A DNA stretch of 62,108 bases, filler included, from Nemertoderma westbladi (lineage: Eukaryota; Animalia; Xenacoelomorpha), in NCBI GenBank assembly GCA_032718475.1. It is 3 parts of 3 records of this genome, joined end to end, with 100 filler letters (N's around TTAATTAATTAA, not from the genome) between each part and the next. Parts side by side here need not be neighbours in the genome. Positions count along the whole stretch, not along the records: positions 23,223 to 48,290 come from JAUCBJ010008718.1; 2 more parts are not named here. One strand, written 5' to 3'. Each line of letters opens with the position of its first letter. Positions within the stretch are counted from its first letter, which is position 1. Below the pieces are notes generated by a model that was not told the DNA's origin, did not search any database, and saw only the letters and a list, made by a program, of their open reading frames with translations. Positions 24,851-36,207 of this stretch are shown here, piece after piece. Position numbers and translations under genes: made by a program.

Positions 24851-25489
24851 ATCTGATCAGGCTTACACGCCTTCTGTTCAATACTGGCCTACAAACAAAT
24901 AAAACTTGACAGAAATAAGTAAAATCACGTTTAAAATTAAACACGACAGAACGACAGACACACCGATTGAGTTAGTGGTATGCTAAGCTCGCTTACTTTC
25001 GTCGCTCGCCCCACAAGCTTTATTATGGCTTAATACAGGGTATAATATACAACAACTTCTAGAAGCAATTAATCATCATAATTTGTAATTGAAGGGCTAT
25101 ATGGGTATGGGTCTAACCCAAGTTACAAATACAAAATAATACTACATTATATTATGTTTAATTATAATAGCACCCTACCAATATAATTAACACCAGCTCG
25201 ATTGGGAATATTTACATGAACAAATAAAAGCGAGTTAGTGAATATTAAACGAGAGCCTAGAAAGAAATATAGGTTATTTTTATTCATTCAAATACGTAGT
25301 TTTCTATTCAAGTCAATATGTAAGTACAGTAAGTTAATGAAAAGTACTTAATTATACTCTACAGAAGGCCCTTCATATGATACTCATAAATGTTTCCGTA
25401 ATCAATCATAATACTGTACAGTGTACAGCTGTACTGACATACATAAAGTGAGATTACAGATTACAGTAGTTCCTGCAGGTCCTCTAAGT

Positions 25490-26959
25490 ATGGATTTCAT
25501 TAGTATTTTTTTGATTGTAATTGCCTTCATCATTGTCCTATATTTAATTTCGAACCGACACAAGTCCGTCCGGCCTCCAACCCCCCCGGGACTGCCTATC
25601 ATCGGTAATCTCATTGGTTTATACAACACGCGCAGCAACAGGACACTCGCGTGGTCCAGATGGTGCAAAGAACTTAATTCGGATATTATTCGTGTGCGAA
25701 TTCCAGGCCCGTCGTCAGTTATCGTCCTGAATTCGTTCCTTGTCATTAAACAAGCGTTTGTTGAAAATGGCGGACTGTTTTCTAACCGACACGATAAATA
25801 CGAACTCCCTGATGGAATTATTGTATCGAGTGGTAATCTTTGGACTCACCAGCGAAAGCTGTTTATGTCTGTGTTACGACAGTTCTATCTGGGTAAAAGT
25901 AGCTTCGAGAACCGCATTGTGGAAGAGGCTGGTATGCTTAATGATTGGATTGCCAAGTTGAATGGGGTGGAATTTGATTGTTGTAAAATTGTTGGGAAGG
26001 CGGTTTCTAATGTTATTAGTAGTGTTGTTTTTCCTGAACGATTTGATTATGACGACGACGAATTTAATTGTCTTAATAATTTAGTGAATCTACAATTTCG
26101 GGTTAACCCTATTTTAGCCATAATACCAGAATTTCTCGCTAATTTGTTCCTCAGCGATAAAACAAATCGATATACATTAAGATATAAAATGAATGAGATT
26201 TTTAAAAGAAAGATCACGGAGCACCGCGCAACAATAGATTATAGTTCGCCTAGAGATTATATTGATTGTCACATTATAGAGGAGAAAAAATGGATAGATT
26301 TAGGGCAGACAGAAACGGCATCTTTTTTCAGGGACAAAAACCTGGTCACTTCAATAAGCGACATTTTCCTAGCTGGTTCTGAGACAACAGCTAGTTCAAT
26401 GTACTGGTTCGGCCTTGTCATGGTGGCCTATCCGAATATCCAGAGGAAGTGTCAGCGAATATTAGACGAAAATATCGGAAGAGATAGACTCCCAACTCTC
26501 GAAGATTTCTCTAAGATGCCATATTTCGAGGCTTGTTTGTTAGAAGTTTTGCGATTTGGGGTTATTGCCCCGACACCTGTGCCTCACAAGGTTTCACACG
26601 AGTTGAAATTCAACGATTACACCATATACCCTAGTGACTTGATTATAGCTAATTTGTGGAACGTCATGCGAGATCCTGGAATCTGGGAGAAACCCGAGGA
26701 GTTTTTTCCCCAACATTTCCTATCGACCGATGAATCGCGTTTGATTCGGCGGGAGGAATTCATTCCGTTTGGAATCGGACCCCGCGTCTGTGCCGGGGAG
26801 CGACTCGCTAAGATGGAGTTTCGATTGTTTAGCAGTCACCTCCTCCACCGGTTCACCCTGCATCCCTCCGGTGATCTTCCGAGTCTCCACGACCCCGAAC
26901 CCGGATTTACTTTACAACCAAAACCGTATAAAATACGGGCCGTTCTCAGGGTCGATTAA
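25490..26959 (+). CDS. Cytochrome P450, CYP2 clan, single coding exon, 489 aa
   Basis: ATG at 25490 gives signal-anchor MDFISIFLIVIAFIIVLYLI; proline hinge PPTPPGLPIIGN; WxxxR (WTHQR); I-helix AGSETT; ExxR (EVLR); PQHF; heme motif FGIGPRVCAG. Confidence 0.95.
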   Translation: MDFISIFLIVIAFIIVLYLISNRHKSVRPPTPPGLPIIGNLIGLYNTRSNRTLAWSRWCKELNSDIIRVRIPGPSSVIVLNSFLVIKQAFVENGGLFSNRHDKYELPDGIIVSSGNLWTHQRKLFMSVLRQFYLGKSSFENRIVEEAGMLNDWIAKLNGVEFDCCKIVGKAVSNVISSVVFPERFDYDDDEFNCLNNLVNLQFRVNPILAIIPEFLANLFLSDKTNRYTLRYKMNEIFKRKITEHRATIDYSSPRDYIDCHIIEEKKWIDLGQTETASFFRDKNLVTSISDIFLAGSETTASSMYWFGLVMVAYPNIQRKCQRILDENIGRDRLPTLEDFSKMPYFEACLLEVLRFGVIAPTPVPHKVSHELKFNDYTIYPSDLIIANLWNVMRDPGIWEKPEEFFPQHFLSTDESRLIRREEFIPFGIGPRVCAGERLAKMEFRLFSSHLLHRFTLHPSGDLPSLHDPEPGFTLQPKPYKIRAVLRVD

Positions 26960-27714
26960 CTCCATTGTATTTCGGCGGCGGCTGAATTTTATACGGAACG
27001 AAATTATGTTGGCGAAATTGAAAGTGATTCGCGTAATATATTTTATAGACTTTTTTGAGGGTATTAACAAGGTAATATAGAATAAAACAAATTGTTTGGA
27101 TGAATTGCGAATGAATTTGTTATGGGTTGACCCCCGTTTTTGGCTAGATTGACTCGCCTAAAAGTTGTACCCAAAAAATGATATAACTTATTATCCTCGA
27201 TGACGCTCAGTAATTAAAATTTCTCGAGAATAGTCGAAAAAAGTACTGCTTATTTTCAAAGTAATAAATAATTTTTTATGTTCGATATTAAATTACTGTC
27301 TTTTTATCAATCATTCTTTTTATATAAGGGGGACTTTTTTAATATGAATCTTTTTGCCAGCATTATACAGAATTATGATTTTGGCCCGACCAAACTTAAC
27401 TACAAACCCCACAACTGCATTAGCCTACATGTTACATAATATCACGCTTGTAGGGAAAGCGAAAATTGCAATGAATTAGCTATTAATTGGCAAATTATAT
27501 AGTTTGTTGGTGAGTCACGGATCGCAACTACTTTGAGTGAATGACTTATTTGCATTAGATCATTATAAGTACTTTATTTATGTGCTTAATGTAACACAGT
27601 ACAATATACTGTACTATAATATCGACAGAACGCGGCCAACGCACAGTACACGTGGGATCTAAGTTCGCTTCGCGACTTTATAGCATGATAATTACCAAAG
27701 GCTTTATAAGCATA

Positions 27715-28060
27715 AAGTGAGATCTAAGTTCGTGCCTAGTTAGGATCTAAGTTCACCTAGTTAGGATCTAAGTTCACCTAGTTAGGATCTAAGTTCACCT
27801 AGTTAGGATCTAAGTTCACCTAGTTAGGATCTAAGTTCACCTAGTTAGGATCTAAGTTCACCCAGTTAGGATCTAAGTTCACCTAGTTAGGATCTAAGTT
27901 TACCTAGTTACAAGTTCACCTAGTTAGGATCTAAGTTCACCTAGTTAGGATCTAAGTTCACCTAGTTAATCTTAGTTTACCCAGATAGGATCTAAGTTCA
28001 CCTAGTTAGGATCTAAGTTCACCTAGATGGATCTAAGTTCACCCAGATAGGATCTATGTT
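27715..28060. repeat. 21-bp minisatellite, ~15 copies
   Basis: Unit CTAGTTAGGATCTAAGTTCAC with a few degenerate copies and outliers at ~27655 and ~28094. Confidence 0.93.
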
Positions 28061-28775
28061 CGTATATATAAGACCTACTATAAGTTAGCAAATATCTAAG
28101 TTCACCAAAGTCAGGCCTTGCAGTTCGTTTTACCATGTCGGGTACCGTAGCTAAAACTATTATAATCTACTGCAGTACTGTCATTACTGACATACTGATA
28201 TGCAGATATGTATGACTGTATGCAGATATGATATAGCTGTATAGGGGCCCCTAAACCATTGCACGCACACTATGCACTAGGCATTTTACCTGTTACCATA
28301 GTGATGGTGCAGAAGACAGGTCTACTACAGTGTTAATAGAAAATAATATCAGAATTATTTTAATAGTTCCGTTTACATACCGTATGGTTTACTGGTTTAG
28401 GCCAAGTCTTTCTCTCAGTCTCTTATCTGTTTATATAGGGCCTATAGGTTAGGCTCACTTTTACTTGACAATTTCAGAATTTACAGTTTGTTTCCACCTT
28501 GGTACCGGTCAGCCGGTAGGCCTAGGCCTACATCCTGCATCATATTGCAGTATTGGTAGACTATTTTGTTTAACATTGACTTTTATTGTTGGATAGGCAG
28601 AGCACATAGGGCACACAGGCACAGGGCATAGCACATAGCATACCAGCACACTGGCATATGGCATACGGGTAACTGCAACTGATGTGATATCCAATCCTGA
28701 CCTGATATACATATGACATATATCTGTATATCCTACCGCCGGTAATGAGACATAAAATTTAATAGAAGTACCGAT

Positions 28776-31532
28776 ATGAATATGATATATTCACGTGATG
28801 TTGCTCTTCTAGCTGGGTTGTTCGGCTGTTATCTATTCTTTACCGGCTTTTTCCCAGTTAATTATCCGGAAGAGCGGAATTACGCTAGTGACGCAAGGGC
28901 CCCTCATAGCGGAGCGACCAGTCCTCTCTTCAGTGACCTTGGTAACGAATCACAATCTCTAGAAAATGAGTTCAAAAATTCAGCATGGAAACCCAAACGT
29001 CTCATTAATAAATTGGTTTTAATGTTAGTGGATGGGATGAGAAGTGACGTGGTTCCTTACGCAGGCCAATTGAATTCACCAATGCCGTTTTTGTCGGAAC
29101 AACTGATCTCCCCGACAACTGTCAATCTAGTGGCTGTTTCTCAGGCCCCAACAGTGACGCTACCTCGACTAAAGGCGTTGACTACAGGAGGAGTGCCCTC
29201 CTTCCTTGACGTCGTATGGCAGAACTTCGCAGATGCCTCGATATCCGTTTCTGATAATTGGGTTGATAATGTCTATCAATCTGGCTTGACCCTATCCTTT
29301 TGTGGTGATGAAACGTGGTTGTCGCTCTTCCCCACACAGTTTAAACGTTCGCTGGGCACCCAGGCGTATTTCGTACAAGATTACATCAACATCGACATCA
29401 ATGTCACTGACGGAATTAAAAACGAACTCAACAATTTTTACAACGACTGGGACGTGCTAATTGCCCATTACTCTGGGTTGGACCATATTGGTCATCTATT
29501 TGGACCTAGGAGTTCATTGGTTGAGCCAAAACTGCGCCAAATGGACCAATCCATCCGTTTGATACACCAACGATTATTCAGTGAGGCCAGCGATCTTCCC
29601 AACATGTTTATGTTGATATCAGACCACGGAATGACGGACAGTGGTAACCACGGCGGCCCCACGCCCGAGGAAACTCTAACTCCTCTCATAGTCTTTAGTC
29701 CATCTATTAGCCAAATAATGTCTAGTGAAACTGACATCCATAGAGTCAATCAAATAGACATAGTTCCCACTATTTCCGCGCTATTCGGTGTTCCAATACC
29801 ATCCGGGAATCTCGGAATAGGGATCTCGCAGGTGCTTCGTCCTCTTCTCTCGTCGGCCAGTGATTGGATCGCTTGCATGAAGGATAACGCCGTGCAATTA
29901 TCACATCTGCTCCCAAGTGGACCGTCTATTCTAGAACCAGCTTTGTATCATTATCGTAGATTCAGGGCTGATACCAAACACACCGACATACAATATATTG
30001 AAGATGAATTCGTATCGGCCATGAAACAAATATCGGAAGAGGCAGTAATTCGACTGTCGAATTATGATTTATTCTCTATGGTTTTGGGATTTGTTGTTTT
30101 AGTTCCATCCAGCCTTGTATTACTTATCCCACCGAATAATCACCTACAGCTACAAGTCAATGTGTTCATTGCTTCTCTAAGTGTTGTTACCACTGCAACT
30201 ATCGCATCAACAACTCCCTCCCCACTAGGTACAGTAACTATCCCCTCCATTATTTCGCATTGTTCCGTTTGTTTATTTTTATCATTCCTTATACCAGTTG
30301 TATTACGATTTCTGAGGCTTAGCAACGCGGTTAGGTTCGTCCATGTCTGTAGGTCAATGGATACAGTTAGTTGGTCTGTAGTTGTGGTTTTCGCTTTGTC
30401 TATAGGTTCCTACGGGTCTAGCAGTTTCGTAGAAGAAGAGCATCAGGTCTGGTACCACGGAATGCAGACAGTGAACCTGGCCTTGTTAATCTATGCACTT
30501 CGGACGAAATACGGGAGTAATAAAGTGAGTAAACTCCACCTGAAAGGTGTAAAGGACGTAATCAAAAGTGAGTCTTATATTCAGGGACTTTCCTATTATC
30601 TTCCAATACTTGCATTAATGGCCCTGATTAAACTGCAAAGACTAGTAAATCAAACTGGCAATAAATGGTTGAGTATTCCCGACTTAGGTGATTGGTTGCT
30701 GGACAATAACCAATCATCAATTACCATTGTATGTATTTTATCAATCCTTGTAATTTTCTTACTTCGATTGCGTCATTGCTCGAGGACCGCAGCTCTTCTA
30801 TTGGCTACTGGTCTTGTATTAGCTTACTGCTACCACGCCAGTTTAAATATTTTATGGCCGCATAAACCGACCAATGGGATTCAGCCGATAACATACGCCC
30901 GCTGTTGTTACCTAGCAACCGTTATACAACTAATTCATTGCCTAGTTACATTCAACCCTAATAGTGCAATAAACAGTCTACTAACTCTTGGATGTCTAAT
31001 ACAGCGCCCATACAATATGCTCTTATTGGCTATCTCTGTTATCCAATCACATTTGATTCGAAGAATATTAGGCAACTTATCATTAGCAACCAATGACTAT
31101 TTAGTAACACACGTCTATATTATAATGGGCCAGGTTTTATATTTCAGTTTAGGAATGTCCAATAGCATTGCCTGTATCGACGTCAACGCTATCTTCATTG
31201 GAGTCGACGGTGTCAGCGTATTGTTCGGGTCTATCATTTTGTTACTTCATACTAACTACGGCCTGTTGTTTTGGTATGTTGCCATGATTACGTACTTTAT
31301 GGAATCTCATGTTAGTTTCCCAGATATCCATTCCTGCGTATCGCATTTATTAGGCATTCGTTTCATCTCCATGGCGATGTATTTTGCTTTTATCATCCCG
31401 TTACGTCATCACCTAATGGTTTGGACGGTATTTGCTCCTAAAATTTTATTTTTAATTATATTTCTTACTGCGGCTATTTTTCTATGGGGTTTCGTATTTA
31501 TGTTACAAATATTATATTCAATAGGTAATTAA
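28776..31532 (+). CDS. PIGG: GPI ethanolamine phosphate transferase 2, single coding exon, 918 aa
   Basis: Alkaline-phosphatase-fold motifs LVLMLVDGMRSD, APTVTLPRLKALTTG, GDETW, HYSGLDHIGH, SDHGMTDSGNHGG; multi-TM C-terminal half with SSSFVEEEHQVW and RHHLMVWTVFAPK. DHIGH favours PIGG over PIGO. Confidence 0.93.
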   Translation: MNMIYSRDVALLAGLFGCYLFFTGFFPVNYPEERNYASDARAPHSGATSPLFSDLGNESQSLENEFKNSAWKPKRLINKLVLMLVDGMRSDVVPYAGQLNSPMPFLSEQLISPTTVNLVAVSQAPTVTLPRLKALTTGGVPSFLDVVWQNFADASISVSDNWVDNVYQSGLTLSFCGDETWLSLFPTQFKRSLGTQAYFVQDYINIDINVTDGIKNELNNFYNDWDVLIAHYSGLDHIGHLFGPRSSLVEPKLRQMDQSIRLIHQRLFSEASDLPNMFMLISDHGMTDSGNHGGPTPEETLTPLIVFSPSISQIMSSETDIHRVNQIDIVPTISALFGVPIPSGNLGIGISQVLRPLLSSASDWIACMKDNAVQLSHLLPSGPSILEPALYHYRRFRADTKHTDIQYIEDEFVSAMKQISEEAVIRLSNYDLFSMVLGFVVLVPSSLVLLIPPNNHLQLQVNVFIASLSVVTTATIASTTPSPLGTVTIPSIISHCSVCLFLSFLIPVVLRFLRLSNAVRFVHVCRSMDTVSWSVVVVFALSIGSYGSSSFVEEEHQVWYHGMQTVNLALLIYALRTKYGSNKVSKLHLKGVKDVIKSESYIQGLSYYLPILALMALIKLQRLVNQTGNKWLSIPDLGDWLLDNNQSSITIVCILSILVIFLLRLRHCSRTAALLLATGLVLAYCYHASLNILWPHKPTNGIQPITYARCCYLATVIQLIHCLVTFNPNSAINSLLTLGCLIQRPYNMLLLAISVIQSHLIRRILGNLSLATNDYLVTHVYIIMGQVLYFSLGMSNSIACIDVNAIFIGVDGVSVLFGSIILLLHTNYGLLFWYVAMITYFMESHVSFPDIHSCVSHLLGIRFISMAMYFAFIIPLRHHLMVWTVFAPKILFLIIFLTAAIFLWGFVFMLQILYSIGN

Positions 31533-32209
31533 ACCTACAGTTTAAAATAAAAACTTGTAATTTATAATTAATTTAATAGTGTGACGTGACATGGGGGGGG
31601 GGGGGGGGGGGTGGGGGCGGGGGTATATATTTTGCTTGAGTTAGAAATGATTATTTAATGATAGTCAAGCAAGAAAGTGAAATGGGGGGTGGGGAGGGGC
31701 TCTATCAGAGAAGCTCAGTGCTAAAGGGTGTAATGATATGATTTTCAAAGAGAAAGTAAATGAAAGTAGAGTTTAGATGCGTACCGAATTACTAAACAGA
31801 CGATGCGTACCGAATTACTAAACCACCACAGACGTTCGAATACCACTCACGTTCTTAAATACTTATATGTCGTCTAATCCACTTGTACTGACAGACTCTT
31901 TTGAACAGGCAGTCTTTAGTTGCATATCCTATCTTTAATGCTATCTCTACTGTAGTACTTTCTAACTTTTTCCATTTCAAAACAAAACTATAATAAAATA
32001 TTTATAAAGTCATACAGTTATGAACAGTTAGCACGTGAAGTCCTCTTAACTTCCACTGAATAAAAGCTTTTATTGTTGTATTTGCTGTGCATAGAAATAA
32101 TTCGCATAGTTAATAGTTGCTGAAGTATTCTTTACAGTTTATTATTCTTACATGATTAAAACTAAACCATAATCATTATTGATCAACCATAACATAAATA
32201 ATATTCCTG

Positions 32210-34454
32210 TATTTACTAACACTTGTCACCCATACAGATTTCCCCCTTATTGATACTTAAAAACAATTTCCTCTCTTGTAGATTTTGCCCTTACTGGTAC
32301 TTGCTAACACTCCCCCCCCCCTTTTTAGATTTTCCCCTTACTGGTACTTACTAACACTTGCCCCCCTTGTAGATTTCCCCCTTACTGGTACTTACTAACA
32401 CTTGTCCCCCTTGTAGATTTCCCCCTTGCTGGTGCTTACTAACACTTGTCCCCCTTGTAGATTTTCCCCTTACTGGTACTTACTAACATTTGTCCCCCTT
32501 GTAGATTTCCCCCTTACTGGTACTTACTAACACTTGTCCCATTTGTAGATTTACCCCTTACTGGTACTTACTAACATAACACTTGTCCCCCTTGTAGATT
32601 TCCCCCTTACTGGTACTTACTAACACTTGGCCCCCTTATAGATTCCCCCCTTACTGGTACTTACTAACACTTGCCTCCCTTTTAGATTTCCCCCTTACTG
32701 GTACTTACTAACACTTGTCCCCCTTGTAGATTTCCCCCTTACTGGTACTTACTAACACTTGCCCCACTTGTAGATTTCCCCCTTACTGGTACTTACTAAC
32801 ACTTGGCCCCCTTATAGATTTCCCCCTTACTGGTACTTACTAACACTTGTCCCATTTGTAGATTTTCCCCTTACTGGTACTTACTAACACTTGCCCCCCT
32901 TGTAGATTTCCCCCTTACTGGTACTTACTAACACTTGTCTCCCTTTTAGAATTCCCCCTTACTGGTACTTACTAACACTTGCCTCCCTTTTAGATTTTCC
33001 CCTTACTGGTACTTACTAACACTTGTCCCCCTTGTAGATTTCCCCCTCACTGGTACTTACTAACACTTGCCCCCTTGTAGATTTCCCCCTTACTGGTACT
33101 TACTAACACTTGTCCCCCTTGTAGATTTCCCCCTTACTGGTACTTACTAACACTTGTCCCCTTTGTAGATTTCCCCCTTACTGGTACTTACTAACACTTG
33201 TCCCCCTTGTAGATTTCCCCCTTACTAGTACTTACTAACACTTGCCCCTTGTAGATTTCCCCCTTACTGGTACTTACTACCACTTGCCCCCCTTGTAGAT
33301 TTCCCCCTTACTGGTACTTACTAACACTTGTCCCCCTTGCAGATTTCCCCCTTACTGGTACTTACTAACACTTGTCCCCCTTGTAGATTTCCCCCTCACT
33401 GGTACTTACTAACACTTGCCCCTTGTAGATTTCCCTCTTACTGGTACTTACTAACACTTGTCCCCTTTGTAGATTTCCCCCTTACTGGTACTTACTAACA
33501 CTTGTCCCCCTTGTAGATTTCCCCCTTACTAGTACTTACTAACACTTGCCCCTTGTAGATTTCCCCCTTACTGGTACTTACTACCACTTGCCCCTTGTAG
33601 ATTTCCCCCTTACTGGTACTTACTAACACTTGTCCCCCTTGTAGATTTCCCCCTTACTGGTACTTACTAACACTTGTCCCCCTTGTAGATTTCCCCCTCA
33701 CTGGTACTTACTAACACTTGCCCCCCTTGTAAATTTCCCCCTTACTGGTACATACTAACACTTGCCCCCCTTGTAGATTTCCCCCTTACTGGTACTTACA
33801 ACACTTGCCCCCCTTGTAGATTTCCCCCTTACTGGTACTTACTAACACTTGTCTCCCTTGTAGATTTCCCCCTTGCTGGTGCTTACTAACACTTGTCCCC
33901 CTTGTAGATTTCCTCCTTACTGGTACTTACTAACACTTGTCCCCCTTGTAGATTTCCCCCTTACTGGTATTTACTAACACTTGTCCCCCTTGTAGATTTC
34001 CCCCTTACTGGTACTTACTAACACTTGTCTCCCTTGTAGATTTCCCCCTTACTGGTATTTACTAACACTTGTCCCCCTTGTAGATTTCCCCCTTACTGGT
34101 ATTTACTAACACTTGTCCCCCTTGTAGATTTCCCCCTTACTGGTATTTACTAACACTTGTCCCCCTTGTAGATTTCCCCCTTACTGGTACTTACTAACTC
34201 TTGTCCCCCTTGTAGATTTCCCCCTTACTGGTATTTACTAACACTTGTCCCCCTTGTAGATTTTCCCCTTACTGGTACTTACTAACATTTGTCCCCCTTG
34301 TAGATTTCCCCCTTACTGGTATTTACTAACACTTGTCCCCCTTGTAGATTTCCCCCTTACTGGCACTTACTAACACTTGTCTCATTTGTAGATTTTCCCC
34401 TTACTGGTACTTACTAACACTTGCCCCCCTTGTAGATTTCCCCCTTACTGGTAA
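32210..34454. repeat. 44-bp minisatellite, ~50 copies, overlapping the SANBR 3' end
   Basis: Unit TTACTGGTACTTACTAACACTTGTCCCCCTTGTAGATTTCCCCC; the copy at 34401-34444 is the last 44 nt of the SANBR ORF; copies are most degenerate near 32210. Confidence 0.97.
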
Positions 34455-36170
34455 CTTCCTCTGTTGACTTTCCCAGCAGTTATTCTTAAACTGTAATTCC
34501 AACCGCGTGTAAATCCCGCCCTGAAATTCTTTACCTTTGAGTTCAACCTGACTCCCGTAACCATGGTGCTGATGACGCACTTCCGACAAACTTTCTCTGA
34601 GATTGCTTAACCCGACCAGCAGCTGATTAAAGGAGAGTCTATCTTCCTCCCTTTGGTTGTCCTGGTTACACCGCGTACTTTTACTCGAATTCCATTTATA
34701 TTTCTTCTTGATTGGTGGGATTTTAGTTTTAGGGATTAATGTAAATATCCCGCCTACGTTAACGTCTCGACTCAGTTCGTACTCGCTGTGCAGCTGACAG
34801 TCTACTGTTACTGGGCAGTAATCGCCGCCGCTATCGTCAGGTTTACTACTAGTAGCTATGGTAACGCGTTCCCGATGAGCGTTCAAGTCATCGAGAACCC
34901 TTCTTTGGGTTTCTTCGAGAGCGTTGAGGTTAACCAGATGGTCTCTGAGTTGACACCCGCTTGGTCGGCCACCCATTGGATTGAACCCATCGCGGGTGGA
35001 CCCGCAGCACGGGTAGACCCAGGGACCGCAATCCCCAACGAGTCGCTCAGCCTCATTTCCATGGTAACGGCAATCCCCGAGACCGGTCCCTGGGAAGACC
35101 TCCCCGCAGCGCGAGCACTCGAAATGGTTCGAGAGTCCCCACAGCCGCCAGTAGAGGGCGCCACTGGAGCAATCCAACTCCTTGTACAGTTCCGTTGCCC
35201 ACCGCTGTATGTCCCAGTCGTCGGCCACACGATGTCGGTAGATCAGGTTGCCATGGGGACCGATAAGGGTGCGCTCCGGGAGACAGGGGGTCCGCCAATC
35301 AGCGTCGTGCGTGGTCAGCTGACTGCAGAGTCCGCAACGGTACAGAGAAACGGCGTTACCTCCGCGCGACGGATCAAACAGCTGTTCAACCTTCTTAGCG
35401 AACAACTTACTGCGAATCTTATCCCGACGATCCTTTAGACTCTCAATCTCGTTGTGATCGAACTGATCGGCTATTTTGGTTAGAAGATCGTCTTTAAGGC
35501 AACTCATATTGCAGGGCGAGGCGACCACCTCATCCATGTTATGGTGGAGATAGACGAGGCATTGGACGACCAACGACTTCATACATAGAAACTGCGACGA
35601 TATCAGAATGGATACGACCATCCCCGGATCGAGAACAGGCGCCTCCGTACCGGTTCGTTTAACGTATCGGATCAACCAATCGAATATGTTTACGTCGCAA
35701 TGAACCGATATGTCGACGTCTTCAGCTCGACCGTCTGCAGGAAGATAATCCGTGAAGTAGCCCATCTCGGCGACCAGCAGCTCCCGGGGGCATTCGAAGT
35801 CACGTTTAATATTCTTAGTTTCATCGCACACGTGGATAACGGTGATTGGCTGAGAGTGTTCGACTGTCTGGGACGATAATTTCTCAGTGGGTGTCTTACA
35901 GGTTTGCTTTGGGGAATTAATTTCCTTCGGTTTGGATTCCTCATGTTTTATCGGTTTATTTTGGGTGCAGTTACCGGTAGCGGATATATTGGCACCTGTT
36001 CTGTCGGCTCTCTTAGCTAATCGTCTGTGTATCTCTTGACATTGCTCGGGTGTTGACCCCGGAACTATTCGGGATATAACCTGCCAATGTTTATCTTTCA
36101 ATGAATCCAAGTCTGTTTCTTTAGTAATTAACGACCGCAGTAACAACTCCAGGGCGCCATCGCCAGCCAT
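34401..36170 (-). CDS. SANBR: SANT and BTB domain regulator of class switch recombination homolog (KIAA1841/DUF3342), single coding exon, 589 aa
   Basis: First ATG at 36170. SANT-like W..ISRIVPG.TP..C; BTB-like VIHVCDETKNIKRDFECPRELLVAEMGYF and VDISVHCDVNIFDWL; YWRLWG; C-terminal R.NQDNQREED and KEFQGGIYTRLE. Confidence 0.92.
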   Translation of the reverse strand: MAGDGALELLLRSLITKETDLDSLKDKHWQVISRIVPGSTPEQCQEIHRRLAKRADRTGANISATGNCTQNKPIKHEESKPKEINSPKQTCKTPTEKLSSQTVEHSQPITVIHVCDETKNIKRDFECPRELLVAEMGYFTDYLPADGRAEDVDISVHCDVNIFDWLIRYVKRTGTEAPVLDPGMVVSILISSQFLCMKSLVVQCLVYLHHNMDEVVASPCNMSCLKDDLLTKIADQFDHNEIESLKDRRDKIRSKLFAKKVEQLFDPSRGGNAVSLYRCGLCSQLTTHDADWRTPCLPERTLIGPHGNLIYRHRVADDWDIQRWATELYKELDCSSGALYWRLWGLSNHFECSRCGEVFPGTGLGDCRYHGNEAERLVGDCGPWVYPCCGSTRDGFNPMGGRPSGCQLRDHLVNLNALEETQRRVLDDLNAHRERVTIATSSKPDDSGGDYCPVTVDCQLHSEYELSRDVNVGGIFTLIPKTKIPPIKKKYKWNSSKSTRCNQDNQREEDRLSFNQLLVGLSNLRESLSEVRHQHHGYGSQVELKGKEFQGGIYTRLELQFKNNCWESQQRKLPVRGKSTRGASVSKYQ

Positions 36171-36207
36171 TGAGGTAAAGGGTAAGGAACTACGGCACAA
36201 CGGGTAA

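Noticed and set aside
25421-25489. N-terminal extensions of the ORF-track calls for CYP (from 25421) and SANBR (from 36200)
   Set aside because: They start at non-ATG codons; the first ATGs (25490 and 36170) give the expected N-termini.
34788-35944. Overlapping ORFs inside SANBR, and similar ones inside ILVBL, PIGG and CYP
   Set aside because: Shadow frames of GC-richer coding sequence with no recognisable motifs.
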